A DNA stretch of 64,000 nucleotides from an uncultured Desulfospira sp. (GCA_963663165.1 OY760175.1:3808001-3872000); one strand, 5' to 3'; positions 18,976 to 29,425 are shown, counted from the first letter of the stretch. Numbers and translations: made by a program. Notes: generated from the letters alone by a model not told the origin.

Positions 18976-20199
18976 ATGGAATCACACGGCCCCATGGTCA
19001 TCATCGGGAACGGCGGTGCCGGGATAGCGGCCGTTAAGGCGTTGCGGTCCGCCGGGTTTTCAGGCGAGATCTGTATGGTGTCCAACACAAAGGGACCGGC
19101 CTTTAACCCCATGCTGGCACCGTATTTTTTAAAAGGGGCCATTCCCTGGGACAGGTGTTTCCCCTTAGCAAAGGATTTTTATAACACATACCAGGTCAAT
19201 TGCTGCTTTGGCAACCCCGTCAGCCACATGGATACTACGGCCAATGTTATTTTTCTGGCCGACAATTCAGTTGTGCCATATGGCAAATGCCTGATTGCCA
19301 CCGGGGCTAACCCTGTGATCCCCCCGGTGCCCGGGCTTGCTGAATCTTCAAAGGCCTTTGCCTTGCGCACCGCAGCCCATACCCGGGTCCTTGGAAAAGA
19401 GATGGCATCAGCCAAAACCGTGGTGATCATGGGGGCCTCCCTTGTGGGCCTTAAGCTTGCCGAAATCCTGACCAAAAGAAAGATCAGGGTGATCTTAGTG
19501 GATATTGCGCCCCAAATGTTTGCTCAAGGGGCCCACCCCGAAACGGCGGCGCACCTTGAAACCTATTTTAAACAGCACGGGGTAGATACCCGATTGGGAT
19601 GCGGCATTGACCAGCTTGAAGATACCCCCAAAGGGGTTATCTGTTCCATCTGCGAAGAGGCGGTTGCGGCGGATTTGGTGGCGGTCTGCACGGGCATTCG
19701 CCCCAATATGGACTTTTTAAGCGATTCGTCCCTGGTTACGGAACAGGCCATCTGTGTGGATGAAAGCATGCAGACCAGTATTCAGGGAATATATGCGGCC
19801 GGGGATGTCTGCCAGGGCAATCACCTTCTTTCCGGCGAGAGCCAATGGCTCGGGACTTGGGGAAACGCCTGTCTCCAGGGCCGAACGGCCGGCTTGAACA
19901 TGGCCGGAGCCGATAAAAAATATTTTGGCAACATCCCCCAGCATATCAGCCCGATTTTTGACTGGAACTATGCCCAGATGGGACAGGTGAATTTCAAAAC
20001 CGACGATGTTGAACTCATCCGCCGGGGAAATCCCTTTAAGGGCCCCTACTACCTGCTGGCATTCCTAAACCATGTCCTGGTCGGTGCCAATCTCATCAAC
20101 TGCACCCATCAGGCCGGTATCATCCGGGGGCTGATCCTGCGACAGGAAAGCTTTCACAAGAGGGATAAACAAACATTTTTTCAGCGTCTGTTCAGCTGA
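18976..20199 (+). CDS. FAD/NAD(P)-dependent oxidoreductase (NirB/CoA-disulfide reductase-like)
   Basis: GNGGAG, ATGA, GASLVG, 'TSIQGIYAAGD'. Confidence 0.88.
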   Translation: MESHGPMVIIGNGGAGIAAVKALRSAGFSGEICMVSNTKGPAFNPMLAPYFLKGAIPWDRCFPLAKDFYNTYQVNCCFGNPVSHMDTTANVIFLADNSVVPYGKCLIATGANPVIPPVPGLAESSKAFALRTAAHTRVLGKEMASAKTVVIMGASLVGLKLAEILTKRKIRVILVDIAPQMFAQGAHPETAAHLETYFKQHGVDTRLGCGIDQLEDTPKGVICSICEEAVAADLVAVCTGIRPNMDFLSDSSLVTEQAICVDESMQTSIQGIYAAGDVCQGNHLLSGESQWLGTWGNACLQGRTAGLNMAGADKKYFGNIPQHISPIFDWNYAQMGQVNFKTDDVELIRRGNPFKGPYYLLAFLNHVLVGANLINCTHQAGIIRGLILRQESFHKRDKQTFFQRLFS

Positions 20200-20310
20200 C
20201 AGCAAATGGGATCAAAATGGGGCCGCTAAGAGTAGTTTTGGCAAATGATGAAAGGTTTTTAACATACTTGGTTCGACCCTGTTTTAAAACACAGCAAATT
20301 GTGCACAGGT

Positions 20311-20645
20311 TCATGCAAATACCCTAACCTTAATTTTTTTTCATTTTGCATTGCCTGCCATAAATCATACTGAGTTTGTTGGATAAGCCAGCTTTCTGCG
20401 CTTCCGCCAAAAGCCTTGGAAAGCCTTATGGCCATTTCCGGTGAAATCCCTGCATGACCATTAAGCAAAGCGGATGGTGAAGCCTCAATCCCGGCAAATC
20501 CATATCATCAGTACATTGGCTTGCGTCCAATCTTGCAAGGATAATTCTCAATCGATTCGCATATTCCGGATTAATCCCCTGGTGATTTCCAGCCTGATAA
20601 AATTTTTTAAGTCCGTCCGGGAATGAGAAATTAAGGATAATCTCC
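20311..20645 (-). pseudogene. Deleted higBA toxin-antitoxin remnant (5' higB fused to 3' higA)
   Basis: 'GLKKFYQAG...RLRIILARLDA...LPGLRLH' joined at ~20476 to 'ALLNGHAGISPEMAIRLSKAFGGSAESWL..Q..YDL'. Confidence 0.8.
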
Positions 20646-20651
20646 AAAAAA

Positions 20652-20736
20652 TTGGACTTGGGACTTGGGATATGGGACTTGGGGATTGCAGTATCCACGG
20701 CCTACCCAAGTCCCATATCCCATATCCCAAGTCCCC
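20652..20736. repeat. Inverted arrays of 7-mer repeats
   Basis: (tgggact/tgggata)n ... (agtccca/tatccca)n. Confidence 0.7.
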
Positions 20737-20845
20737 ATTTTATACATTATTATCCTTATCATCGAAATTGAAATCACCGGCAGGCAAGTTACGTGCGATC
20801 ACCCTGGCGTTTAACTGATCAAGGATTCTATTCCGTATCTTTTTA

Positions 20846-20942
20846 TTTATATGAAAGTCTCACTAAGGTCCTGAAAAGACTTTCAATATTTGTTGTGGGC
20901 GGCTCTTGGTTGGATAACCAAAGCGGCCCGTGGCCGTTATAT
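20846..20942 (-). repeat. Third copy of the ~90-bp repeat
   Basis: Reverse complement of 7604-7697 with few mismatches. Confidence 0.85.
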
Positions 20943-21071
20943 GATAGACAATTGATTTCATGAGGGTTAAACGGTGAGGTTTCACCATGTCGTCTTCCCA
21001 AGAGTTTTCTACAAAACAATCGGTAAATATACTACTTGATAAAATCCGACTAAACTGAAAAACTATCCGGC

Positions 21072-23867
21072 ATGAAAACCGAACAACAGACAAGAGCACA
21101 GTTGATTGACAAGCAGCTTGAAAGGGCAGGATGGAATATTGATGACCCTGCTCAGGTTGTACAGGAATACGATATCCTTGTTGATCTTCCTGAAGGCGTT
21201 GCCGAGGCCCAAACACCATACCAGGGCCATCAGTTCAGCGACTATGTTCTTTTAGGGAAAAACGGCAAACCTCTGGCTGTTGTGGAAGCAAAAAAAACCA
21301 GTAAAAATGCTAGAATTGGCAGGGAGCAGGCAAAACAGTACTGCTACAATATCCAGAAGCGAACCGGTGGCTCTTTGCCTTTCTGTTTTTATACAAACGG
21401 ATTGGAAACTTATTTCTGGGACCTTGAGAACTATCCCCCCCGGAAAGTGGTCGGCTACCCCACATTGGATGATCTGGAGCGGCTGAATTATATCCGGCAG
21501 AATCGTAAACCGCTGACCCGGGAATTGATCAACACCGATATTGCCGGACGGGACTATCAGATCCGGGCCATCCGTTCCGTTCTTGAAGGGATGGAAAGAA
21601 AGAGACGATCGTTTCTGCTGGTCATGGCCACCGGAACCGGGAAAACCCGGACCAGCATTGCGCTGGTCGATGCCCTGATGCGTGCCGGCCATGCGGAAAG
21701 AATCCTGTTTCTCGTGGATCGTATCGCATTGCGGGAGCAGGCATTAAATGCCTTTAAAGAGCATCTGCCCAACGAACCCAGATGGCCTAATGTGGGTGAG
21801 AAGCTGATCCGTGTGGATCGCAGAATTTATGTCTCCACATATCCCGGCATGCTCAACATCATCCGCAATGAGAGCCGGTATTTATCCCCCTATTTTTTTG
21901 ATTTTATTTTTATTGATGAAAGCCATCGCTCCATTTACAACACCTACGGCGAAATCCTGGACTATTTCAAGACCATTCACTTAGGGATGACAGCAACCCC
22001 CACAAGTCTCATTGATCACAACACCTTTTCCCTGTTTGATTGTGAGGATGGACTGCCGACATTTGCCTATACATTTGAAGAGGCTGTCAACAACACGCCC
22101 CCGTACCTGAGCAACTTCCAGGTGATGAAAATCCAGACCAGATTCCAGGCGGACGGTATCAGTAAGCGAACCATTGCCCTGGAGGACCAGAAAAAACTGA
22201 TGCTGGACGGGGTGGATATCGAAGAGATCAATTTTGAAGGCACCCAGCTTGAGAAAAAGGTGATCAACCGGGGAACCAACACCCTGATTGTAAAAGAATT
22301 CATGGAAGAATGCATCAAAGATCAAAACGGAGTGCTGCCGGGCAAGACCATCTTCTTTTGCTCTTCAAAAGCCCATGCCCGGCGCATGGAAGAGGTGTTT
22401 GATGCCCTTTTCCCGCAATATAACGGGGAACTTGCCAAGGTCATGGTGTCTGATGACCCCAGGGTGTACGGCAAAGGAGGGCTGTTAGACCAGTTCACCA
22501 ACCAGGATATGCCCCGGGTTGCCATCAGTGTGGATATGCTGGACACAGGCATTGATGTCCGGGAGATCGTCAATCTCTGTTTTGCCAAACCAGTCTATTC
22601 CTACACCAAATTCTGGCAGATGATCGGCCGGGGCACCCGTCTTCTGGAACCTGCCAAAGCCAAGCCCTGGTGCATTGAAAAGCAGCTCTTTTTGATCATG
22701 GACTGCTGGGATAATTTTGAGTATTTCAAGCTGACGCCGGACGGCAAACAAATTGATCCGGGCCTGCCGCTGCCGGTCAGGCTGTTCGGTATCAGGCTGG
22801 ACAAGATTGAAACAGCCATGCACCTTGCCGAAGAAGATATTACCCAAAAAGAGATTAAGGCCCTTCGCGGGCAAGTCGATCAACTGCCGGCCTCCTCTGT
22901 GGTCATTAAAGAGGCGGCAGAGCCATTGGATCGCCTGGCAGAAGACAATTTCTGGATTCATCTGGATCAGGAGAAATTTGAATTTCTGCGCACCCGTATC
23001 AAACCGCTGTTCAGAACCGTTTCCGATACGGACTTCAAGGCCATGCGGTTTGAAAAGGATGTGCTTGAGGTCTCCATTGCCCGGCTTTCAAACGACAAAA
23101 AACGGTTTGAGGCCTTAAGATCCGGTGTCATCGCCCAGATCGGTGAACTGCCTTTGTCCGTACATATTGTAAGAAGGCAACAGGCATTGATTGAAAAATC
23201 CCAGAAAGAAAGCTTCTGGGCCGATGTCTCTGACGGCGCACTGGATCTTCTTGTGGAAAAGCTTGGCCCTTTGATGAAGTTCAGGGAAAAGGAGAACCCT
23301 TCTTCCCCCATTGAACTGGATCTCAAAGACAAGGTAAAGCAAAAAGAGTATGTTGAATTCGGGCCCCAGCATGAAGCCGTCAGCATTACCCGGTATAAGG
23401 AGATGGTGGAAGCCGGAATCCTGGCTTTGATGGAAAACAACCCGGTGCTGTTGAAAATTAAGGAAAACAAACCGGTTTCCCCAACCGATATCCAGACCCT
23501 GGCCGAGGTTCTGACCAACACCCATCCCCACATTACCGAAGCGTTGTTGAAAAAAGTGTATCAGCGGCCCAATGCCAGATTTATCCAGTTCATCCGCCAT
23601 ATCTTGGGGGTGGAACACCTTGAATCCTTCTCCCACACCGTTACAAAAGCCTTTGATCAGTTCATTCATTCCCACTCGGATTTGAACTCCAGGCAACTGG
23701 AATTTTTAAGGCTGCTCAAGGAGTTCATCCTTGAACGGGAAAAAGTAGAGAAAAAAGATTTGATCCAGTCTCCTTTTACCGTGATTCATCCCCAGGGTAT
23801 CCGGGGGGTATTCAGTCCGGCCGTTATCAATGAGATCCTGGCACTGACCCGGGAGCTGGCCGCATGA
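21072..23867 (+). CDS. hsdR: Type I restriction endonuclease R subunit (EcoEI/EcoAI-like)
   Basis: 'DYVL...VVEAKK' nuclease motif; MATGTGKT; DESH; QMIGRGTR. Confidence 0.93.
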   Translation: MKTEQQTRAQLIDKQLERAGWNIDDPAQVVQEYDILVDLPEGVAEAQTPYQGHQFSDYVLLGKNGKPLAVVEAKKTSKNARIGREQAKQYCYNIQKRTGGSLPFCFYTNGLETYFWDLENYPPRKVVGYPTLDDLERLNYIRQNRKPLTRELINTDIAGRDYQIRAIRSVLEGMERKRRSFLLVMATGTGKTRTSIALVDALMRAGHAERILFLVDRIALREQALNAFKEHLPNEPRWPNVGEKLIRVDRRIYVSTYPGMLNIIRNESRYLSPYFFDFIFIDESHRSIYNTYGEILDYFKTIHLGMTATPTSLIDHNTFSLFDCEDGLPTFAYTFEEAVNNTPPYLSNFQVMKIQTRFQADGISKRTIALEDQKKLMLDGVDIEEINFEGTQLEKKVINRGTNTLIVKEFMEECIKDQNGVLPGKTIFFCSSKAHARRMEEVFDALFPQYNGELAKVMVSDDPRVYGKGGLLDQFTNQDMPRVAISVDMLDTGIDVREIVNLCFAKPVYSYTKFWQMIGRGTRLLEPAKAKPWCIEKQLFLIMDCWDNFEYFKLTPDGKQIDPGLPLPVRLFGIRLDKIETAMHLAEEDITQKEIKALRGQVDQLPASSVVIKEAAEPLDRLAEDNFWIHLDQEKFEFLRTRIKPLFRTVSDTDFKAMRFEKDVLEVSIARLSNDKKRFEALRSGVIAQIGELPLSVHIVRRQQALIEKSQKESFWADVSDGALDLLVEKLGPLMKFREKENPSSPIELDLKDKVKQKEYVEFGPQHEAVSITRYKEMVEAGILALMENNPVLLKIKENKPVSPTDIQTLAEVLTNTHPHITEALLKKVYQRPNARFIQFIRHILGVEHLESFSHTVTKAFDQFIHSHSDLNSRQLEFLRLLKEFILEREKVEKKDLIQSPFTVIHPQGIRGVFSPAVINEILALTRELAA

Positions 23868-25267
23868 TCCACAGGAAAACAACGCCTGAAGAACTGGCCC
23901 TGGTGCTTGAAGAAGGGGAAGGCTACACCCTGGAATTCAAACAGAATGTAAACGCTGATCTGGCAAAGGAACTTGTGGCCTTTGCCAATGCCTCCGGCGG
24001 CCGGATTTTGATCGGTGTCAATGACGACAACCGGATTGTGGGCTGCAAATTCTCAAATGTCCTTTTTTCCAATATCGAAACCATGGCAGCGGCCTGCGAT
24101 CCGCCGGTGACCATCTTCATTGAAAAACTGCCGGATCAAAAAATCATTGTCATCCATGTACCCGAAGGGGCCAACCGCCCCCACCGGTGCACCAAGGGGT
24201 TTTATCTAAGAAACGGGGCCAGTTCCCATAAGATGAGTACCGCCGACATCACCGCTTTTATCCAGTCCGAAGGAAAGGTCCGGTTTGATCAGCAGCTAAG
24301 GATGGACCTGGATTGGAAAGAGGTGCTTGACCCATCCCGCCTGGAACACTTTTTGTCCCTCACCGGCATTACCCAGAGAACAGGTGCTCAAAACCTGCTG
24401 TTCAATCTGGGGGCGGGTGATGAAAAAGAGGGACAGTTCTACCTGAACCAAACCGGCATTCTCTTTTTTGCCAAAGATCCGGCCGCAAGACAGCCCTTTG
24501 TCAATGTGGTCTGTGCCCTGTTTAAAGGCACCACCAAAGCCTATATCCTGGACCGTAAGGAACTTGCCGGCAATATCCTTGAAAATGTTGAAGATGCCCT
24601 GCTGTTTTTAAAAAAGCATCTCCAGCTTCGATGGGAGATCACCAGCGACAGCCCCCGCCGCCGGGAGATCCTGGAGCTGCCGGAAGTGGCCCTGCGAGAA
24701 GCCGTGGTCAATGCTGTCTGCCACCGGGATTATTTTGAGCAGGGTGCCCAGGTCATGGTGGAGATTTTTGATGACCGGGTGGAGATCCACAACCCCGGCG
24801 GTCTGCCAAGGGGGTTGCCGGAAAAGGATTTCGGCAAACGAAGTGTCTGCCGCAACCCCAATATCGCAGCCCTGCTGTTGCGGTGCGACTATATTGAAAA
24901 GATGGGCACCGGCATTGAGCGCATCTATGACGCCCTTAAAAATGAAAACTGCCCCCCGGTAAAAATCGAATACGACAGGTTGTTTTCCCTTGTATTTTCA
25001 AGGCCAAGTTATATAACCCCACGGGATGCGGAAAAAACTAGGGACAAACCTGGGGAGACCCCCCGGGAGAAAACTAGGAAGAAAACCCGGGAGATCATTC
25101 TTGAGTTAATCCGCAAAACGCCGGATATCACCATGGCCCGGCTGGCTGAACAGACCGGGTTGACACCCAAGGGCATCGAATGGCAGATTGCACAGCTCAA
25201 AAAAAACGGTCTTCTTGAGCGGGTGGGGCCGGATAAAGGCGGGTACTGGAAAATAAAAGAGAGCTAA
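23864..25267 (+). CDS. AlbA_2/Schlafen-like DNA-binding domain + ATP-binding (RecG C-terminal-like) + HTH protein
   Basis: 'GEGYTLEFK...VAFANASGG.I.IGV.D', 'LREAVVNAVCHRDY', 'RNP.IA', C-terminal 'RVGPDKGGYW'. Confidence 0.85.
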   Translation: MIHRKTTPEELALVLEEGEGYTLEFKQNVNADLAKELVAFANASGGRILIGVNDDNRIVGCKFSNVLFSNIETMAAACDPPVTIFIEKLPDQKIIVIHVPEGANRPHRCTKGFYLRNGASSHKMSTADITAFIQSEGKVRFDQQLRMDLDWKEVLDPSRLEHFLSLTGITQRTGAQNLLFNLGAGDEKEGQFYLNQTGILFFAKDPAARQPFVNVVCALFKGTTKAYILDRKELAGNILENVEDALLFLKKHLQLRWEITSDSPRRREILELPEVALREAVVNAVCHRDYFEQGAQVMVEIFDDRVEIHNPGGLPRGLPEKDFGKRSVCRNPNIAALLLRCDYIEKMGTGIERIYDALKNENCPPVKIEYDRLFSLVFSRPSYITPRDAEKTRDKPGETPREKTRKKTREIILELIRKTPDITMARLAEQTGLTPKGIEWQIAQLKKNGLLERVGPDKGGYWKIKES

Positions 25268-25276
25268 GAAAACACC

Positions 25277-26944
25277 ATGCTTCGATATAATCCTGAGTTA
25301 AAATCACAGATCGACCAGCTCTGGAACAAGTTCTGGGCCGGCGGGATCTCCAATCCCCTCACCGCCATCGAACAGATCACCTATCTGTTGTTCATGAAAC
25401 GGCTGGATGAGATGGATTTGAAAAATCAATCTGATGCCGAATTTACCGGAGAGTCTTATAACTCCAGGTTTGAGGGCGACTGGGTGCCGCCCGAGCACAG
25501 GGACAAGCCTGAAGAGGATCAGGAACCCCATAAGGTGAACCGGAGCATTCTGCGCTGGAGCCATTTTAAGCGGATGAAAGCCGAAGAGATGCTGGCCCAT
25601 GTCCAGACAAAGGTCTTTCCGTTTTTAAAGGACATGAACGGGGCGGAGTCCGGCTTTACCCACCACATGAAAAATGCTGTGTTCATCATCCCCAAACCCA
25701 TGCTGCTGGTGGAAGCGGTCAAAACCATTGATGAGATTTTCCGGATCATGGAAAAGGATTCTTCGGACAAAGGCCAGGCCTTTCAGGATATCCAGGGGGA
25801 TGTCTATGAGTACCTGCTCTCTGAAATTGCATCAGCCGGGAAAAACGGGCAGTTTCGAACCCCCCGCCACATCATTAAATTGATCGCAGAACTGGTCCGG
25901 CCCCAACTTGGAAACCGGATCGGTGATCCGGCATGTGGCACGGCCGGCTTCCTTCTCGGCGCCTATCAATACATCGTGGCAGACCTGGCAATGAAAAAGG
26001 GGCGACAGGATCTAAAACCGGATGAGGACGGCTTTATCAGAACCTCGGTCAGTGCCGACTATGATCAGAAATCCAAAGAAGTTCTGGACCAGAGCCTTTA
26101 CGGCTATGATATCGACAGCACCATGATCCGTCTGGGCATGATGAACCTGATGATGCACGGCATTGACGAGCCGTTGCTGGATTATAAAGATACCCTGAGC
26201 AAAGGGTTTAACGAACCCAACCAGTACCAGATCATCATGGCCAACCCGCCTTTTACCGGCTCCATTGACAAGGGGGACATCAATGAGGCGTTAACCCTGT
26301 CCACCACCAAGACCGAACTCTTGTTTGTGGAAACCATGGTGCGGATGCTCAGAAAAGGGGGCACGGCCGGTGTCATTGTACCCCAGGGCGTGCTGTTCGG
26401 CTCGGGCAAAGCCTTTGTGGCGGCCAGGAAGATCTTGGTGGACCGCTGCGAACTCAAAGCCGTCATCACCATGCCCAGCGGGGTCTTCAAACCCTATGCC
26501 GGGGTCAGCACCGCCATCCTGGTCTTCACCAAGGTCTATGACAAGGAGGATAAAGTCACGGAACCCGCCACCCAGAATGTCTGGTTTTATGAAATGGAGT
26601 CAGACGGCTATTCCCTGGATGACAAACGAAACAAGCTTGATACTTCCGGCGATCTCCAGGATATCGTGGCTAAATTCAACGCCCGTGATCCTGAAACGGA
26701 CACGGACCGCAAAAATCCCAAAGGCTTTTTTGTCCCCTACCAGGAGATCAAGGATGAGAAGTATGATCTGTCTCCCAGCCGGTACAAGGAGATGGTTTTT
26801 GAAGAGATCGAATATGAAAAACCGTCCGTAATTCTGAACCGGCTGATTGCCAATGAAGTGGGGGAGATGGCTGAAAAGGATCTGGTCAAGGTAGAGAGTG
26901 GGATTGTGCGGGAGTTGTTGGAGTTGAAGGGGATGGTGGGGTGA
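25277..26944 (+). CDS. hsdM: Type I m6A methyltransferase M subunit
   Basis: GQFRTP, DPACGTAGFL, NPPF. Confidence 0.95.
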   Translation: MLRYNPELKSQIDQLWNKFWAGGISNPLTAIEQITYLLFMKRLDEMDLKNQSDAEFTGESYNSRFEGDWVPPEHRDKPEEDQEPHKVNRSILRWSHFKRMKAEEMLAHVQTKVFPFLKDMNGAESGFTHHMKNAVFIIPKPMLLVEAVKTIDEIFRIMEKDSSDKGQAFQDIQGDVYEYLLSEIASAGKNGQFRTPRHIIKLIAELVRPQLGNRIGDPACGTAGFLLGAYQYIVADLAMKKGRQDLKPDEDGFIRTSVSADYDQKSKEVLDQSLYGYDIDSTMIRLGMMNLMMHGIDEPLLDYKDTLSKGFNEPNQYQIIMANPPFTGSIDKGDINEALTLSTTKTELLFVETMVRMLRKGGTAGVIVPQGVLFGSGKAFVAARKILVDRCELKAVITMPSGVFKPYAGVSTAILVFTKVYDKEDKVTEPATQNVWFYEMESDGYSLDDKRNKLDTSGDLQDIVAKFNARDPETDTDRKNPKGFFVPYQEIKDEKYDLSPSRYKEMVFEEIEYEKPSVILNRLIANEVGEMAEKDLVKVESGIVRELLELKGMVG

Positions 26945-28164
26945 TCAAAAAATACCATTTCCTTGATATCGTAACCGATATCACCTCAAAGTTTAAAAAA
27001 GTAAAAAATAGGGATTATTTATCTGAAGGGCAAATTAGAATCATTGATCAAGGTCAAGATCAAATAGCGGGCTATTCTGATGATGTATCTCTTGTTAGGC
27101 CCGAATTATCTCCAGTGATTATTTTTGGTGATCATACAAAAGTATTCAAATATGAAAAAGGTCCTCTGATATTAGGAGCAGATGGCACAAAAGCTCTTAA
27201 AGTAAATACAAATATAGCTCATGATTTGTATATCTATTACTTTTTGAAAACGATAATTTTTCAAGATGCTGGGTACTCAAGATATTTTAAATTTTTAAAA
27301 AAAATAAAAATACCAATTCCGGTGGATGGCGATGGTAAGCCGAAAATAGACGACCAAATCAGAATCGCCACCCTGCTCTCCAAAGTCGAATCCCTGATTG
27401 CCAAACGCAAAAAGAGCATCGCAGATCTGGATGAGCTGTTGAAAAGCACTTTTCTGGAGATGTTTGGTGATCCGGTTCGGAATGAAATGGGGTGGGAGAA
27501 AAAAATGCTTTCAAAAGTCGCCTCGTCAAGGCTTGGGAAAATGCGGGATAAAAAATTCATAACTGGAGCACACCTACGACCATATTTGGGAAATTCCAAT
27601 ATTATTTAGTTTGATTTCGTATTAGATGGTCTTCTGGAAATGGATTTCAATAAAAAAGATCGCAAGATATTTTCTTTACAATATGGGGACTTATTAGTCT
27701 GTGAAGGGGGAGAGATCGGGAGATGCGCTATTTGGAGAAATCAACTGGAAGAATGCTATTTTCAAAAAGCCCTTCATAGAGTCAGAGTCAAAGACTCATT
27801 AACGCCACAGTTTCTTCAATACGTATTTTGGTATTACGCACATTATGGCGGTTTTAAAAATGTTTCCAATCGGGCCACTGTTTTACACCTAACTGGCGAG
27901 AAATTAAAAGAAACCGAAATTCCAGTTCCTCCTATAGCTCTCCAAAATAAATTTGCTACCATTGTTGAAAAAGTTAGAACCCTTAAAGAAAAATATAAAA
28001 ACAGCCTCAAAGATCTTGAAACCCTGTATGGCGCACTGAGCCATAAAGCCTTTAAAGGCGAACTGGACCTCAGCCGGATTCCAATCACGGCGGAGTTGCA
28101 ACCAAAGGATATCATAACGGGCGTGCCTCAAGTCGGGGAACCGGTACTGACTTTATCTGAATGA
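26941..28164 (+). pseudogene. hsdS: Type I specificity subunit interrupted by an in-frame TAG (27607-27609)
   Basis: Two AT-rich TRDs and conserved spacers 'Q.RIATLL...LKSTFLEMFGDP' and 'PPIALQNKFA...KAFKGEL'; the frame continues past the TAG. Confidence 0.85.
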
Positions 28165-28497
28165 AACCGTACCTCTTCCGGCTTCGGATGAGCCGATCAT
28201 CCGGTTTGAAGATCTGGCCCTGTTCAAACAAGGGGTGACTGATCCTGTTTATGCCAAATCTCTCTCCGACGGGGAACATCAATTCCTGCACACCCTGGGG
28301 ATATGCCTGCTGTTCAAAGATAAAAATGCACTGTTCCTGCTGGACGAGCCGGAAACCCATTTCAATCCGGACTGGCGGTCAAAGTTGATTTCACGGATCG
28401 GGGAGTGTTTTGCCTTGTCCCATCCAAAGACCATCCGGGAGATGCTGATCACCACCCATACCCCGTTTCTGATATCAGACAGCGAGCCTGAAAAAAT
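28150..28497 (+). pseudogene. Internal fragment of an R-M-associated ABC/AAA ATPase
   Basis: 'LSDGEHQ', 'LLDEPETHFNP.W', 'ITTHTPF'; no Walker A or N-terminus. Confidence 0.75.
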
Positions 28498-29259
28498 GAA
28501 TTGTGATTCGGAAGGGTTGCCCTCATCGAAGATTAAAACTTGTTGCAAGGGCACTTTATCAAACTCTTTTTCAAGACGTTCCAAAGCGTTTTTAGTATAG
28601 TCCCAAAACCGATATTTGAGTTCCTCAAGCTGCCGTTCAAACCCTCCGGCATCAGGTTTATAATCCCACAAAAAGCCTTCTTTGTCGGGAACTCCGTGGT
28701 TTTTCCCCTGAACATATTCATGAGGTATGAGTTCTTTAATATAATCCTGGCCGTATTCGTCAAGTTTGGAATAAATATATCCGGAAGCCATGGTCAACCT
28801 AGCATAATAGAACTGCTTTTTGATCATCAAACGAGCCCAGATAAAATAAAGAGACCCTCTGTAAGCCTTTTTTTGGTAACCTTTGAGATCCTTTTCTTTG
28901 GCTTCCTGTTGGAACTGATGATCCTGGAAATCATAATCATAAAGCGTTTCAAAAGAAAGGAGGGTTTTGGATTCAGGGAAGTATTCATTCAGCCAAAAAT
29001 AATTCTCGCCAATACCCTGAAGGGGAAGTAGTGTGGCATTGAATTTTGTTGACTGGACATCAGTCAGATCGCCTTTTACCTCATCCATCTGGTCTTTATC
29101 GGTTACGGTGATATCGAAAAGTGCCTTCAGCAGGAACTGTTCGACCTTTAAGTAGTCTTGTTCGGGTATATTAACCCGGTATTGTTCCTGGCGGTCCTGA
29201 TCCCAGCTAAAATAATCGGGGAGATGTTTTATGATGGCCTGCTTTAGTTCCGGGAGCAT
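28279..29259 (-). CDS. Hypothetical protein, probably 3'-truncated (tail runs antisense into the ATPase remnant)
   Basis: 326-aa ORF; no recognisable motif. Confidence 0.55.
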   Translation of the reverse strand: MLPELKQAIIKHLPDYFSWDQDRQEQYRVNIPEQDYLKVEQFLLKALFDITVTDKDQMDEVKGDLTDVQSTKFNATLLPLQGIGENYFWLNEYFPESKTLLSFETLYDYDFQDHQFQQEAKEKDLKGYQKKAYRGSLYFIWARLMIKKQFYYARLTMASGYIYSKLDEYGQDYIKELIPHEYVQGKNHGVPDKEGFLWDYKPDAGGFERQLEELKYRFWDYTKNALERLEKEFDKVPLQQVLIFDEGNPSESQFIFSGSLSDIRNGVWVVISISRMVFGWDKAKHSPIREINFDRQSGLKWVSGSSSRNSAFLSLNSRHIPRVCRN

Positions 29260-29273
29260 GTGTTATATTCTTT

Positions 29274-29425
29274 GTAACTGTTCAGCAGTGCCCCATCTTC
29301 GCTCATTCAGGCCTTCTCACATAGCAACAGTATGCTACGAAGTCCTGACTAAACAAATATGAAGCACTGATGAACAGTTACGGACCCTGGTTTTGCTTAG
29401 TTTTCAGCATTAGCTGAATAGTTAC
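29274..29425. mobile_element. 152-bp MITE with GTAACT(G/A)TTCAGC terminal inverted repeats
   Basis: 8-bp TSD tattcttt on both flanks; inverted copy at 31706-31857. Confidence 0.88.

Noticed and set aside
27607..27609. Pyrrolysine recoding of the hsdS TAG
   Set aside because: No pyl genes in the window; a single TGG>TAG change is simpler
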